Origin: Cetorhinus maximus
Taxonomy: Eukaryota
Assembly: GCF_964194155.1 (NCBI RefSeq)
Contig: NC_135899.1
Coordinates: forward strand, 52,390,001 to 52,454,000
Direction of reading: 5' to 3'
DNA length: 64,000 nt
Part shown: positions 49,426 to 63,854 of the stretch, in pieces
How positions within the stretch are numbered: the stretch's first letter is position 1
How the letters are laid out: each line of letters starts with the position of its first letter
Translations under genes and position numbers: made by a program
Notes under the pieces: generated by a model
Databases searched by the model: none
Seen by the model: only the letters and a program-made list of their open reading frames with translations
What the model was told of the DNA's origin: nothing

Positions 49426-49980
49426 TGTTATTCCTGCACATGTGCCAGGCACGGCAAGGCTGATGGTGTCTGTTCGGGCCTATCCTGCGATTGTTGAATG
49501 ATGGTGTCTGAGCCAGCAACATCGGAATCAGAGTGGGACACGTGGCTGCGGGGTGCGCCCCCACCCCACCTCTGCTGGCCCACTCTCAAGGACCCAGCAA
49601 CACCCTCACCCCACCCTCTTCGCAAAGACTCAGCAGCACCCTCCCTCCCCGATTCTCATAGACTCACCTGCATCCCCAGGCCCACTTTCAAGGACTCAGC
49701 AGCACCCACCATCAGAAGCAACCCCCTTACGGCAGGAGTTTCCTGCAAACTCTGTCCTTTGTGTGAGATTCTGAGTCAAACTGGGGACACTGCATGAATA
49801 AAAATTGTACCTATGAGTGTGCGAACCTAAAGCTCATAAGAAACCCCACAACATGGATGCCAGCGTATTTACTGCTTCAGGCAATGGCAAAGAACCTTGT
49901 GCATTGGGGCTTCATGGTGAGTAAAAACTTGGAAGTTTTCTGAAAGTACCTATGTTCCGAAAGACCTGAATGGCTGGTCA
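49426..49980 (+). mobile_element. Probable 5' LTR, PBS and gag start remnant
   Basis: TGTTA...AATAAA...CAACA (ends 49853), followed immediately by TGGATGCCAGCG. Internal repeats of aagactcagcagcaccc. Confidence 0.5.
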
Positions 49981-52958
49981 GTTCTCCAGAAACCTTTCAA
50001 GTCACCAGCTAGTGCATGGAGAGCTCGTGGCATATTAATGAATCAACAGTCAAAGCAGAGTGGGATTTAAGACATTAATGTTTCCCCACCACTACGTAGA
50101 ATCTGTGTTGATTTGTAAACGCCTCGAGAGAGCTTAATTGTTAGTAATTTGATGGTCTTTTATTAAACAGAATAATATGCTATCACATCAGGGTGGCAGT
50201 CAGACTGATGTGGTGACAAAAAGGAGCATATTTGTGCTTTCGAATTTTGCAAAATTATAAGAAAATGATTATAGATTGAAGCAAAACACAATGGTGTGTT
50301 TTTCAGTGAAGGAGAGTCATTTTGTACATTAGTTATTAAAAGTATAATTATTCAAACGTGATTTACAGACCAGCAGCAGCATTCAGGATCCTTAACTGTA
50401 TTTGAAGACTGCATGGAAATTCGAATGCCCATTGAAATATTATACATTTGTAGGGGAGGGAGATTAATCTCCTGGACACTGGTGCAAGCAACTCCCTCCA
50501 CCACCACCCCCCCACCCCCAATCCTCACCCATTCACCCAGCAGAAAAATCAACAGGACTATTAAATAAAATTGTTTTTTTTTCCTTAATTTTACTTGAAC
50601 ACTTACAATTATTAGCAATAAAAATACCTGAGATGCAAAAAGGAAAGGTGGATTAACTGACAGTTGAGAATCATCAACTCAGGGTACTGCAGGGTACCAG
50701 GCTTTCCAATTGGTTGGAGGAGGTGGAGTGCCATGCGGATGGACATGTCAGCAACCAATGGCGGGAGTGTGGGGGAGGAGTGGTTGGAGGTGACAGATCA
50801 AGTGATGAAAACCATAGAAACATATCCGACTAGAGTTGTCCATCTTAGTAAAAAACTAGACTAGAGTTGTCCATCTTAGTAAAAAAGCATAGATTGGGTC
50901 TCTTTTTGGTTTAGACGCTGGCTATAAAACATGTGCATAAACATCCTTCAGGTCTCTCACTCTAATATTTCTCAACTTGAAAAGCATCAAATGTACACAT
51001 AAGCCAGCAAAAATTTAAACTGCACAGATTTGGCAGCGCACGCATCTACTAGAGCTAACAGTTCTGTTCCTATAAAATATCTATGTGTGCTTATTTCATG
51101 AGTACAGTGATCCCATCTCAGTAATGCCTTCTGACATTAATTAGATCTAAATGAATGCCTCTGGGCCATGCACAGTTAAAATCTTGTGTCTTTGAAATGA
51201 TGCACCCAGGATGTTGGCACTTTTCACCAACCACAGAAATACTCACAAGACACATCCTAGAGTGGGAAGAGAGCACTCTGCTGATAGGTGAGCAATGTCA
51301 TGCTGCTCATGTTAAGCAATGACAGAGACATTGACAGTTACCTACTGTGCAGTGATGTCTCAAGGCTGTGTGTAGAAAATGTCCAGACAAATGACAGCCG
51401 AGGGTACTGTTGTCACTGTGTATGTTTAAACTGCATTGAACAAGGATAAGATTGAAACTTAAATCACAGATCTGTACGTATCCCGAATAAACACACAATG
51501 CAGGTAAAATGCTGCATTAATCTTGTACCAATGAAATCATGCTCGGTTTCATTTCTGGCCCAATTGCAAGAGATCATGTGAAGCTGAGGAGGAATAGGCA
51601 ACAAATCCAAACAAGGGGAATGCTGTAATTCTATCCTTTTGTGTGAGATACGTCACATATAACGGACTTTGATCATGCATGGATAACTAGTTCTAAGTGC
51701 TGGTCTGTGGGGAGAATTTGGGTGGACTGGGATACTGCTGCACTTACAGCCTTCCTTTACATTCCAGTGTCCAAAGACTATCGACAGATCTTCCACTGCC
51801 CGATATCCAGGCTCTGGGTCTCAGGGAGCTGCTGGGATCCTCAGCCATCAGCAAGCCTCAGTCGAACTCATATCGGCAGACAGTGTATGGGTACCAACTC
51901 TCGAGGATCACCCTGGAGTCTAATTTTCTGGACATTGAGATGAGTAAACCATGAGAAAAATCATAGGAAAATCAAAAGCAAAATCAAAAAATCTTCTTTG
52001 AATACTTTCATTTATTAATTACATCAGAAAAAAGGCTGATAGACTCCCAAGAACCATCCAGTTATGTAAGGAACAGTCTATTAATTTTCTCCTTGGCGTG
52101 GGAGGGTAGTGTGCCACAAAGATGGATCTGTCAGGTGACCAACAGCAGGAGTATGTGGGCAGGGCCGTTGGGAGTCAGGGGGTTATAGGATGAAACATCC
52201 AGGATTACGCACAATCAGCATTAGCCATCCCAAACCTGTAGAAGGGCCAGAAGGGCATAGTCTTCAGAAACAAAGCACGTGCTGGAAATAGAGATTGTTC
52301 TGCCTTTTTGTTTCTTGACCCAAAAGAACTGTGGGACACTGCATGTGTAGTGTAGGGCACCACTGAGCACCCTTGTCCTGATCTTTTACCTCTGAAGGCA
52401 AATTAAGCCTTGATTTGACATCTCATCCTCTAACAGCGCAGCACTCCCTTGGGGTTGCACTGAAGTATCAACATGGATTGCATGTTCAAACCCACATGTT
52501 TCTGGCTCAGAAGTGAAAGTGCTAAGTGTTGTGCAACAACAACCAACTCCTGGATCCTGATTTTTCCATCCCAATGCTGAGCAAACCCGCATCAGGCAGC
52601 TGAAAATGGAAGTGGGGGGAAACCGTAAATTTAAAATTTTCAGCCAATTCTCGCTGGCCACCATTTAGATTAACACAGAAAACATGACCTGACGTGCAGT
52701 AAATTGATGTCAGGTTTAGCCTTTTAAATGACTGCTTCAATTTTGCATTTTCCTGAATTGCATATCTTTAGTGAGGCGGGTGAGTTCCTAAAGCCTGTGC
52801 TTTTATTTTTACATTTATTTAAAGCCCAGACATCTGTTAAACCTTTGAAAAACCTAACCAGATGGCTAGCCATCTGTTTGGTCAACTTCAAAAGCTCTAT
52901 TATATTTGGCTCTGGAGGGTTTGTTTGTACAGCTGTGGAATCTCAATATGAATGCTTG

Positions 52959-53910
52959 TGTTACGGACAGGAGGGGGTTTAATTTAAATAGCCCCGATTA
53001 CTCCTCTCACTACCTGTCCATAAACAGGAAGGTGTCTTTGATTTTTGATTTCCCCCTTTATATGTGGTGACATATTTTCCAAACCCCTCAGTTTTAGTGT
53101 GATCCGATTCTCTATTCATAACTGCACAGCAAACTCGATATAAGATGAACTGAAAGGGTTAATTTATTTGTTCACACTCAAACACAAGAAGAGGGTCACA
53201 ACATGGCCTCCTTTTCATTCATACAATAAAGGTGGGATAGAGAACAGAAAGAGGTACAAGGCAAAAGCAACAGACAAAATAAGCATTATTGTTTTACGGG
53301 AGTCCAGAGTCCAGAATCAATGCCTCATGACGTATTCTTTCACAGAATTGGCAGGTTGAAGACAGATGCTAGATAATCCACCTTTCCAGTTGAGATGACT
53401 TCCACTATAGATAGGCACATAGAGATTAATTAGTTTTATAGGCGCTGGTACAGAAGTTCAGAGGTTCCAGTAGAAACAGCATAGATGGGGGCCAGGCATT
53501 CAAACCTGGAACAGAGATCTGGTTCTGCTGCTGCCTGTTAGATGTTAAAATGGCAGTCTTCATTTTGCAGCTCCACAAGGCTTGTTCTACCAGTTCAAAT
53601 AATGCATAACCCTTGTCTGGATTTTTGAGATGGTTGATGTTTCAACCATTAATAAGTTCAAAAGAGGGCTCAGTGTCCTTTTGTCCTTGCAGACTGGTCA
53701 TCTCCATTGACCAGGGCCGGGCCTTAGAAATGTAAAGGGCCTTTACAATTCTTTGGGATTTGATCTCTGCAGTCACAGAGGTATTAGTACATCTTTAGAG
53801 ATAATGAGGTTGCTACTGTTCAGAAGGCCAGAATTTCCTTTTGTGTGAGTCATAGCCCATCATGGCTTCAGTCCGTATAAAAATACAGAATGAGGTCTTA
53901 GCCCCTGACA
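52959..53910 (-). mobile_element. Solo-LTR-like element
   Basis: TGTTA...TGACA termini and similarity to 7630-8200. No clear TSD. Confidence 0.55.
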
Positions 53911-54169
53911 TCTGGCTGAGCTCCAAGCCCTACAAATGGACTGGGATCTTTGTTTGATAGACTGTTTTATGACCATTTAATAGATTCTGTTTCTTTGAAG
54001 TTGTTTTTGAATAGCTGAGTGTTTGACTGACTGTTTTATAAGCTTCTAGGTGGAGAATTTTTTAAAAGTGGAGTTTGACTTGATAATTGTTCATTCATGG
54101 TGACACGATCATTTAAAAGACTTCCCAGTGTTATTATAGGGATCATGAGTTCTGTCCATAGCAGATAGC

Positions 54170-54315
54170 GGATGAGTGTTATGGAGGATGCATGGTGGGT
54201 ATGGAGGGGGCATGGAAGATATGAGGGTACATGAGGGCATGAAGGGAACACGGGGGTATGGAGGGGGCATGGAAGGGGGCATGGAGGAGACATGGGCCAT
54301 GGAGGAGGCATGGTA
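54170..54315 (+). repeat. Short (CATGGAGGGG)-like tandem repeat within a MITE-like element
   Basis: Repeated atggaggggg/catggaag units. Confidence 0.7.
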
Positions 54316-56252
54316 TGTTTGGGGGTGTGGGTGAGGGGGATGAGAAGTGAGGGCTAGGGAGCCTAACAGTCATAAATAGAAGTGGGCCAATGTCCCAGTG
54401 AATGGAGGCGGCCCTTCTAACCTGGAGGTCTCAACTTACACCTGCCTCAGTTCCCATTGGCTGTACAAGGCTGCTGCCCCGACTCCAGCATGACTCGGTC
54501 TCCCCGAGGAAAATAACCTGTGTGCACTTGGCTTGTACAGGAGGCGGGAACATGACATTGTAAAATGACTGACTCATGATTCCTGACTCTAATATAACAA
54601 TTCAGCCCCAGGAGTTCTGTGCTCTCAAACCTTTTCCGAAATATTGAAATTGGAGCTAAGCAGTATGTGGGACCCTCAACCGTGAATTCACAGGCCCTGA
54701 TCCTGTAACTTCAAATGATATAAGCAGAATCATTGGCAATAAGTCCCCTGTTCATCTTCATAATAGTGCCATGGGCTCTTTTATGATCACCTGTGAAAGC
54801 AGACAGGACCTCCGTTTAACACCATCTGGCAGACAGTACTTAAGTGTAGAACCCCTGATCCATGCTGCATTGCAGTGTCAGCCTAAATTTTATGCTCAGC
54901 TCTCTGGACTGGGGCTTGAGCTCATGACCGACTACCTCAAAGGTGAGAATGGCACCACTGGGCCTGGGGCATACACTCAGTTTAATAACATGTCTACCCA
55001 ATCATGTGATAAACATTCCTGATTCAGGTGGACTTCAGCATTGAAGGCTCTACATAATGCACTTTCACACAAACACACTTTGATTGCAGTCTTCAGTTGA
55101 ATACTCAATTGAACCAGATAAGTATCATTTCAATTGTGCCTGATTATGTACAGTGCATAGGTTTAATGTAATTGATTATTGCTAACAGAACCAGGTGTAT
55201 CATAATTCACAGTGACATATAAATCAGGTTTATATGATTGATGTTGCTTTAATGTCTGCATTAACCTATATAAAATAAATTGTTTGGAAAATCAGGGTTG
55301 CGTAGTTTTCAAATACACCATTTTCTATTCAATGCAAACCCACATTGTAGATTGCGATGTTCGCATCAGGATGGAATTCCTGCTGGCTTGTGTGCGTCTC
55401 CATCAGATAGTAATCAAGCTGCCAGCCTGAGCCCTCATTAACTCCTTGCAGAATTTAGGAAAGGAGAAAGCCTGCTTAATGAACAATTGAAACTTCCCAG
55501 AGCTAACTGATGCAGTGAGCAGCAGGAATCTGACCGATAAATTTAATATTATGTATTCCAGAAATGCAGCATCTTTGCCAGCTGAATGCAGGTAAATAGA
55601 ATTGAATGTTGCTTTATCCTGCAGTGTCCATTTGATCTCTCCCTAGTCATCAACACAAAGTTCTCCTGGAGGTCAAAACCTGAAGACTCAGGGATAAATT
55701 GGCCTCATGCCTTGTAGTTCTATTTGATACAACTCCAGTTAAACATTGGCTAATAAATGTACAAACTGCTTGATTCAGACAACAGTGAAGTTCCATTTTG
55801 ATCTGAAGACGTTAACATTGCATCAATTGCTGTTAGCTGTCAGCAGATCCTGAGAACTGCAAAGCTCTCAAGACATGTTTTCAACCCCACTCGCACAATG
55901 CTGAAGCAAACTTTAGCTCATGAAATGTCAGGAGTATCTTCATTAACGTAATATTGCTGGATCTTCCGAGATGTTGCTCTTTGTAACTTGATGTACACTG
56001 CTGATATTTGCATTCCTACACTACCAAATAAGGCAATGGTAATCATGAATTAAAAACCCCTATGCAATTACAGCAGTCAATTTCTTAACATCAATTCTGA
56101 CAAAACTCAGAAATATGTGGTGTATATGTATATTATACATTATGTATATAATATCTACCGATTGATAGAAAAGTTAAAAACTTATTTTTTTATTGCTCCT
56201 ATCATAACATCAAGACATTCCAAAGTGTTTTACAGCCAATGAAATACTTTAG

Positions 56253-58694
56253 GGGCAGAATTTTACGTTGGGCATGCGGGCATGCAGCCAACGTGCCCGA
56301 GTGTAATATGATGCGTGATGACATTGGGCATGTGTCCCGACGTCACCGCGCACCATCGCGATATTTCGGTAGGCGGGCGCACTATGAGGACGGAAGTGCA
56401 CCTGCCATTAAATAACGTGCCAGTTAAAGCCCTTGAGGCACCAATTGTCTGGGAGTTTAAGTAGCCTGTGTGATTTTCAGTGCATCACACGGGCACAATG
56501 GGCAGGCGGGTAGGCCAGATTTTTAAAAACCTCATCCACGGGCAGGATAAGAGGGGTGAGTGGGCTTGCTAATGCAAGTTGTTTGTACTTTAGTTTATAA
56601 CTTACTGCTGCTTGCTTGTGTGAACAGGACAACTTCATTTCGCTTCAGAGCTGCTCTGACAGAAATAACAGGCTTCAGTTCAGGACTCTGGAGGAGTCAA
56701 AACACTGGGGCCTTCCAGGTATCAGAGATCCTTCCCTTACCCTGGGAATGGGGATTGTGATCTCTGCTGGAGGCACGTCCTCTGGGGAGGAAGAGAGGGC
56801 CAGAAGGGGGAGGAGGCCAGGTATCCCTATTCAGCTTCCAGAGGAGCCACCTGTGGGACTTTGGACCTCCCTGCTCGGCATTGATGGATGGGCACCTAGC
56901 TGGGATACTGGGTGCCCAATCCATCTCCCACACTGACACTGACCAGCTGAGGTCATAGTCGCTGTGAGGGTTTGCAGGTCCGAGCGCATCCCCAGGAAGC
57001 CCTGATTGAGATCCTAGAGCAGCCTCTCCATGAGAGTCGCCACTCTCTCCATGGAGGAGGCAGTGCGCTCGGCCATGAGGGTCATTGAATTGCTCATGCT
57101 CTGCATGGACTCCTCCACAACGGAGACCATGGCACGCATTCCCTCATGTATCTCCGCCAGATCCTCCCGCACACCCTGCTGGACATCCAGCATCTGCTGC
57201 CTCAGGGACAACTCCATTGGCCCATCATCAGCCACAGACTGAGCTTGTTCCTGGTCCCCAACAGTCCTCTAACTGCCGGCGCCCAGGGCACTTTCTGCCT
57301 CCGCCTGCACCTCTAGCAAGTGTCAAGTGCCCTCACTGCTGTGCACCAAGATACTATCCACCGATCTAATGCCCACTGAGGTGCTGGTAACTGCGCTGGT
57401 GCCTGCCTGGCTGAGAGGGTGTGATGCAGGTGTGTTTTGATGGTTGCTGTCCTCTGGGGTCAGTGGTGGGCCTTAACGCTCCTCACCCTGATGGGCTGCT
57501 GGTGAGCCTGAAAGGAAGAACAAGGACATGTCATTAGTTGAAGTCATTACACTGTTACTGTGCATGCCTGGCATCCGGATCAGGGTGCCCTCGTCTTTCC
57601 ATTATCAATGGGGATTCCATGTTCAGGGCTCACATCAATAAAGAGACTACAGTGGAATGGTTGCTATTACAGACATTCTGACCTCAGTGTAATGCACCCT
57701 TACCTCCCTGTGGCACCCCAACCTCACCGTGGCCGGTTGACCTAGCTGCATGGTGCCTCTCCTGCTGCAGGGCCTCCTGTTCATATCGACTTAGGATTAG
57801 TAGCGGGGCGGTCCTCTGCCAGTCTGCAACCCCTCGGCATTGTTAAGGGATGTCTTCTCCTGAAAGGATCGAGGAGCATTGATTAGTCCACCCTGTACCT
57901 GCATTGCCATTGCAGCCTGGCCAACCCCACCTGAGGAAGACCTCGCAGGGCTCAGCCGATTCATGACGCTGGAGCCGCAAGGCACCCAGCCCAAGTAGCC
58001 AGGGCTCACCCCCTTGCCCAGATGCTGCCTCATTGATATTTGCCACTCACACCCCAAGACCTCTGAGGTCCAAGGTCAGGGGGGTGGTGGGTGCAGGCAG
58101 CTCCTAACTGCTGTGCTAAGTGACCCATGCTAACACGGTATTCACCCTTACCCATCGCAGGAGATAATTGGGGCGCTTGCGGCACTGCACTCACGTGCGA
58201 CTCACCACATCATGGGGGCTCACCTTGGATGCCACCTCCTCCCAGGCATTTTTGGTGAGGTGGGGGGGGGCTCTTCCTCCCATCCCTGGGGACAAGGATC
58301 TCTCTCTGTGATGCCACCTCCTCCAGGAGGGCAGCAAGACACTCATTGGAAAAACGCAGGGCTGAGTGCCCTGCTGACCTGCCCTCCCGCCTGCCGTGTC
58401 CACCAGGAACGAGCTCCATGACGAGGTGCGTGTGCTACACTGGCAGCTTTTGCATGTCTGCTGTGGTTGCCTTTGAATCGGCCACCAGGTCGCCATTGGA
58501 CCTGGCAGACATTGAGCTCCCGCCCCCACCTGCCCCTTCTCGCTGTTGCTGCTGTCACGTCTTTCACTGGGTGGGCCTTAATTGGCCCGCCCGCCTAAAA
58601 TCGTGGTGTGGAGCCGATTGTGGGTGGTGGTCGGCTTCCCGACCGCCCTTGTCTGCTCTCACCGTGCCCGCATGCCGAATGTAAAATTCTGGCC
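56253..58694 (-). mobile_element. Internally deleted Harbinger transposon with a disrupted Myb/SANT-like gene
   Basis: TIRs GGGCAGAATTTTAC and GTAAAATTCTGGCC. Minus-strand LRFSNECLAALLEEVASQREILVPRDGRK..LTKNAWEEVASKVS (frameshifted), and a coiled-coil segment at 57014-57235. Confidence 0.8.
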
Positions 58695-61600
58695 TCGAAG
58701 TGTGGTCACTGTTGTAATAGAGGATATGTAGCAGCCAATTTGCACACAGCAATGTCCCACAAACAGCAATGAGATAATGACCAGATAATTTTTTTTTAGG
58801 TGTTGAATGAGGGACGAATATCAGAAGGATACCAAGGCAAACACCCTTGCTCTTTTTTGTATAGTGCCATAGGATCCTTTCGTCCAACTGAGGGGATGGA
58901 AACACACAGGGCCTCAGTTTAACATCTCATGCTCAAACAATGCAACACCCCTGCAGGAGTGTGGTGGTGACGTGTCAGCCTAAATTATGCGCTCAAGTTT
59001 CTGGGGTGCACCTTGATCCAACAACCTTCAGCCAAGTGTTTTACCAACTGAGCCACAGAGTGCACTTTAACTAAGAGAAGGGATATTAACCTTTTTATTA
59101 CCACTTGCCGTAACTTTCCTTCCATCTCCATTCCCTATTCTTTATTCAATTCTATAATTTTAATTTTACTTTGCTTTATTTCTGCTGCTATATTATGATC
59201 TAACTTTGTTATATCTATCCCCTATTTTACTTACGTTAAAAGCTTCTTCTGTTCTGTTCCCTGAGGTTGTCACTCTGGACGTCAGGCCCACATTGCTCAG
59301 CATTGGTCTTTAGCTACAAACCAGTTCCAAATTTGTTTTCTTCTCAGGAGTCAGGATGTGAAAGACAGACCTGGCTCTTGTTATGGATGCTGGTGGTTAC
59401 AGATGTTGTATTCATTGAGTAAAGCTGGGCCCGTCTAAACTGATTTAACTTTGGAGGGTCTTTTGCAACTACTAGGGAAGTTTTCACCCACATTAGTCTG
59501 ATTCCAAAAATGAATGATGAACATTTTAAACTCTATTACCCGTTAGTCATGAAGGAGGTGACTTCCTATCTTCTCACCTGGCCTGAGCTTGAAGTTAAAT
59601 ACCAGAAGAGAAAGGACAGCATGCTAATGCAATCCTGTTTCCTGAATCCAGATCTTAGAAGCAAAATGGAGTGTTCCACCAAAACTGATCTCCATTTGAA
59701 AGAGACATTCAACTAGTCAATGTTGGCCAGATTGGATCACAAACCCCAGAGATCAGTGGATAATATCCTCATCAGAGAAGAAGATTTTCAGGTAAAATCA
59801 GCAGAACCAGATGTGCCACTGGTCCCAGCAGGATGCCACAATCATTTCAATGCAACCATGTTATTGGAACTCTGTGTAGGCCTGGCAACCACAAATTTTT
59901 GCACTTTTGTATTTATGAATTTTTGCTTCTGCTTTGCCCACGATTTTACGTCTATAGTGAATATTTAAAGTCATTTTGTATTTAATCTTACTTGGTAGAC
60001 ATTGATCTTAACCCAGCTATGATTGTGCTTTAATTAATCCATAATAACCAGTCTGTTTTCCCATAATTTCCCATAATAATAATCTGTTTTTCCAGACCTT
60101 TTTTTTCATACAGGTCATGCACAGCTGGTATTTAGACTATATCTTTGTTTTCTGTTTTTCAAGCTAGAATACTAAGATAAGTTTTCTTTTGCTTATCAGA
60201 AGTCCTTTTCCTTACTGCATTCAGTGACCCTTGAACTACAGGCCAGGGTGATGATAACCTTATATGGGGTGGTCACTCAGTGTAGTCATCATGAAGTTTG
60301 ATTGTTGGACATAACATTTGATGGGTGGCAGATGGGATGACACCATCAAAAGATACACAAGCAGCTCTGGATATTGTGAAATCTGCATGGCCTTGCAGCG
60401 CCTGTGAGAAGAATTGATAACAACTGAGAATTGTTTTGAGAAAGGACCATACCAGACCTCGGAAAGCTGGAATGGGGCCAGAAATTTGGCTTAAAGGGAC
60501 GCTGCTTTGAGGACTCACTGCTGCAGCTGTAGTGGAATAGCCACCACTGAAGATGGGAGGAAGGGCCAGGAATGGAGTGACTGATCGTAGTGCCCACCTG
60601 TATGGTTACTCAACCACTTGGTAATGTATGCACCATGGAGATGATAACATATGTACCAATTTAGGGTGTTGTCATGGAACAGACCAAATTGGGGTTATTG
60701 TTTGTGTTTTTACAAAAATCTGTTTTTCTTCTTTTCTTCTGATATATATAAAGTGCTTTCTCCTTTCAATAAAGTTACCTTTCTTTCTTTTAACTGATTT
60801 TTCTCTCTTTTTATATAATATCAATTATAATTGTCATATCATTATTATTATTATAATCGTAATTCAATATTCAATAAAACTGTTGTTTTAACACATTACT
60901 TGTCATAGTCGCTCATTCCTGTTACATCCAGAGTATGGCTCCAAACCTAAGTGAGACTCCAAAAGGGACTCTTACGCCCGACTCCCTACATCTACCTATT
61001 GTGAGAGCATAGCACTTCAGTACAACAGTCTATATGGTATAGTAGCCTGGACTCATGTGTTAGCCCACTGTTCCCCCAATCTTATATGTTCCCTTCACCA
61101 AAACAGATTAACAGGTCATTCCCTCCACCACTGAAGGTGGGCAGAGGTATTGTTAGTTTACTTATCTGTAAACCATAACAATTAAACCATAAACATCCAC
61201 CTTAAGCATTCACTCCATTCATCACTGATGCATAATAGCAGCAGTGTATACCATCTACAAAATTCACTGCAGCAACTCACCAATGCTCCTTCGATAGCAC
61301 CTTCCAAACGAGTGACCTCTACCACCTAGAAGGACAAGGGCAGCAGACACATGGGAACACCACCGCCTGCAAGTTCCCCTCCAAGCCACATACCATTCTG
61401 ACTTGGAACTATATCAGCATTCCTTGAATGTCGCTGGGTCAAAATCCTGGAACTCTCTCCCTAACAGCACCATGGGAGTACCTAGACTACATGGACTGCA
61501 GCGGTTCAGGAAGGCGACTGAACACCACCTTCTCAAGGGTAATTAGAGATGGACAATACATGCTGGCTTAGCCAATGATGTCCACATCCCGTGAAAGAAT

Positions 61601-63854
61601 AAAAACATTCTCAAAAACTAATGGATGGATTTCAACAAGACTTGGTACACATGGGTATGGACCATGGAAGGAGTGATTAGTTTTTGGCAAAAATGTGGAT
61701 CTGAATCCTGGAATTTTTGAAAGGATCCCTTAACATTGGGACTTTGGGAGAATTAGCTTTTTTTAAAGCGTATTTTGTGTTGTTTTATTTAGAATGTTGT
61801 TAGTTGCTTTAGAAATTTGTGGATTATCTCAGCTGCTTGGGGTGCAATTTGTCACAGCTGTCAAAATGTGAGCAGAGTTTTCAGAGCAGGTTGTTGAATG
61901 TGGATTGGCCTGAAGCCTCCTTAGTAAGATGGCAGCTTTAAATAAAATTATTTCTTATTTTCAAATATATAGTTACAGAGCATCAACGAGGGAGGAAAAA
62001 GCCTCAAGGAAGATCTGTATAAATATAATAATGAGTTAACACAGGATGGCAGAGGTATGCAATGTAGCGAGTGCCCTTCTAATTTTTCAATAATAAATTG
62101 CTTATATGCTTTTAGTACATGTTTTCATGTTTTTATCTTACAAATAAATGCAGCTTAATGTGAATCAGTGACTGAATATGAACAAAGGAGCTTTAAACTT
62201 AAGGGGAAGCTAGTACATGAATGAGGAAAGAGCAGCATATGCTGTTAGCTTTAGAGAGGTAAGGTGGGAGGAGGCTCATGTAGAGCATAAACATTGGCAT
62301 TGAACAGTTGGGCTGAATATTCTATTCCTGTGCTAGAAATTCTATGTAATCTCACTGCTGTTTGGGGGACCTCAATGCATACAAATTGGCTTCCATGTTT
62401 GCTTACAAAATAACAGGGACTACACCTCGAAATTAACTGATTGACTGTAAACCAATGGTAGGCCATTCAGCCCCTCAGGCTTGCTCCCCATTGTTTTAGT
62501 TTATGGCAGATCTGCACCTTGACACAACTTTCTTACTTATGCTCCACATCCCTTACTGCCCTTACCTAACTGAAATCTACCTGAATCAGCCTTGAAAGTC
62601 TCAGTTTATTTAATATCCACAGCTTTGGTGGGGAAGAGAGTTCCAAATTTTGACCGCCTTTTGCAGGAGAAAATGTTGATTTCACTCATGAATGGCCAAG
62701 CTCTAATTTTAAGATCGTGTCGCCTTCTTCTTGAGGACATGAAAGAGGGTAAACAAATGCAAGCTCTTTACTTATTTTCTTTTATTCATTCATGGGACGT
62801 GGGCATCGCTGACTGGGCCAGCATTTATTGCCCATCCCTAACGGCCCTTGAGAACTGAATGGCTTGCTAGACCATTTATGAGTCAACCATGTTGCTGTGG
62901 GTCTGGAGTCACATGTAGGCCAGACCAGGTAAGGTCGGCAGATTTCCTTCCCTAAAGGACATTAGTGAACCAGATGAGTTTCTTTTTTTAAAGACAATCG
63001 ACAATGGTTTTATGGTCATCATTACCCAGCATTACCCTGGGTCTCTGGAATACCAGCCCAGTGACAATACCACTATGCTGCCACCTCCCCATCTTACCAT
63101 TTTGGCCTGGAAACAGTTAATGATTAAATAGTAGAACAGTATGTTCTTTTTTTCAAAACTTGAATTGATTTGGGAATTCCATTTAATTCAGTTTCACTCA
63201 TCTAGTTAGAGTAATTGTTTCAGGTCTGCTATTCCAGTAAATGTGCACTGATGCACAAGGCCAATAATAATTTCATTGTTTCTACATTTTTATTACAGAA
63301 ATTGATTTAATAAACTCATAAAGAAATGTGACTTCTGGAGGGATTAATATATTCCACTGTCACTGTTTCCGCTTCAATGCTGATAGAAATTCTGTCAGAG
63401 GGGAATAACAAACAGCAGTTGGTAGAGAATTCAGCTAAAAATGTGATGTAGCCTGCGATATGACCCAGTATTTTGAATGTAATCTAATGTATAGTAAATA
63501 CTGCTGGCACTCGTCTTCAAGGCCTGCCTCTATTAGCTGTGTAATTCATGCAAATTAAACTCTTTAACTGTTGCAATGCCGATTAAATTGTAAGCAAATA
63601 ATCTTTCTACAATAAGAAAAACAATTTCTTATAGGTAGAGTCTGAAATGATGATGCTTAAGTATGTTGTTATGTATCACAGGGTACAGCTCTTAAAGGAA
63701 ACTTGATTTTGTTATCCATTTAAACTAGAAAAGATATGAAACCTCCCAAACCACCTAGAAGGATAGGGGCAGTATGTGCATGGGAACACTACCACCTCAG
63801 TTTCCCCACCAAGTCACACCACACTGTCCCGGCTTGGACATATCAGTGTTCCTT

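Noticed and set aside
50829-50886. ~31-bp tandem duplication (actagagttgtccatcttagtaaaaaa)
   Set aside because: A simple local duplication at a repeat edge with no functional sign.
51697-51954. GC-balanced stretch open in several frames
   Set aside because: No recognisable protein or consistent splice sites; cannot be supported.
59268-60925. Possible additional LTR remnants and ORFs 59510-59968
   Set aside because: Termini and TSDs could not be defined and the peptides are unrecognisable.
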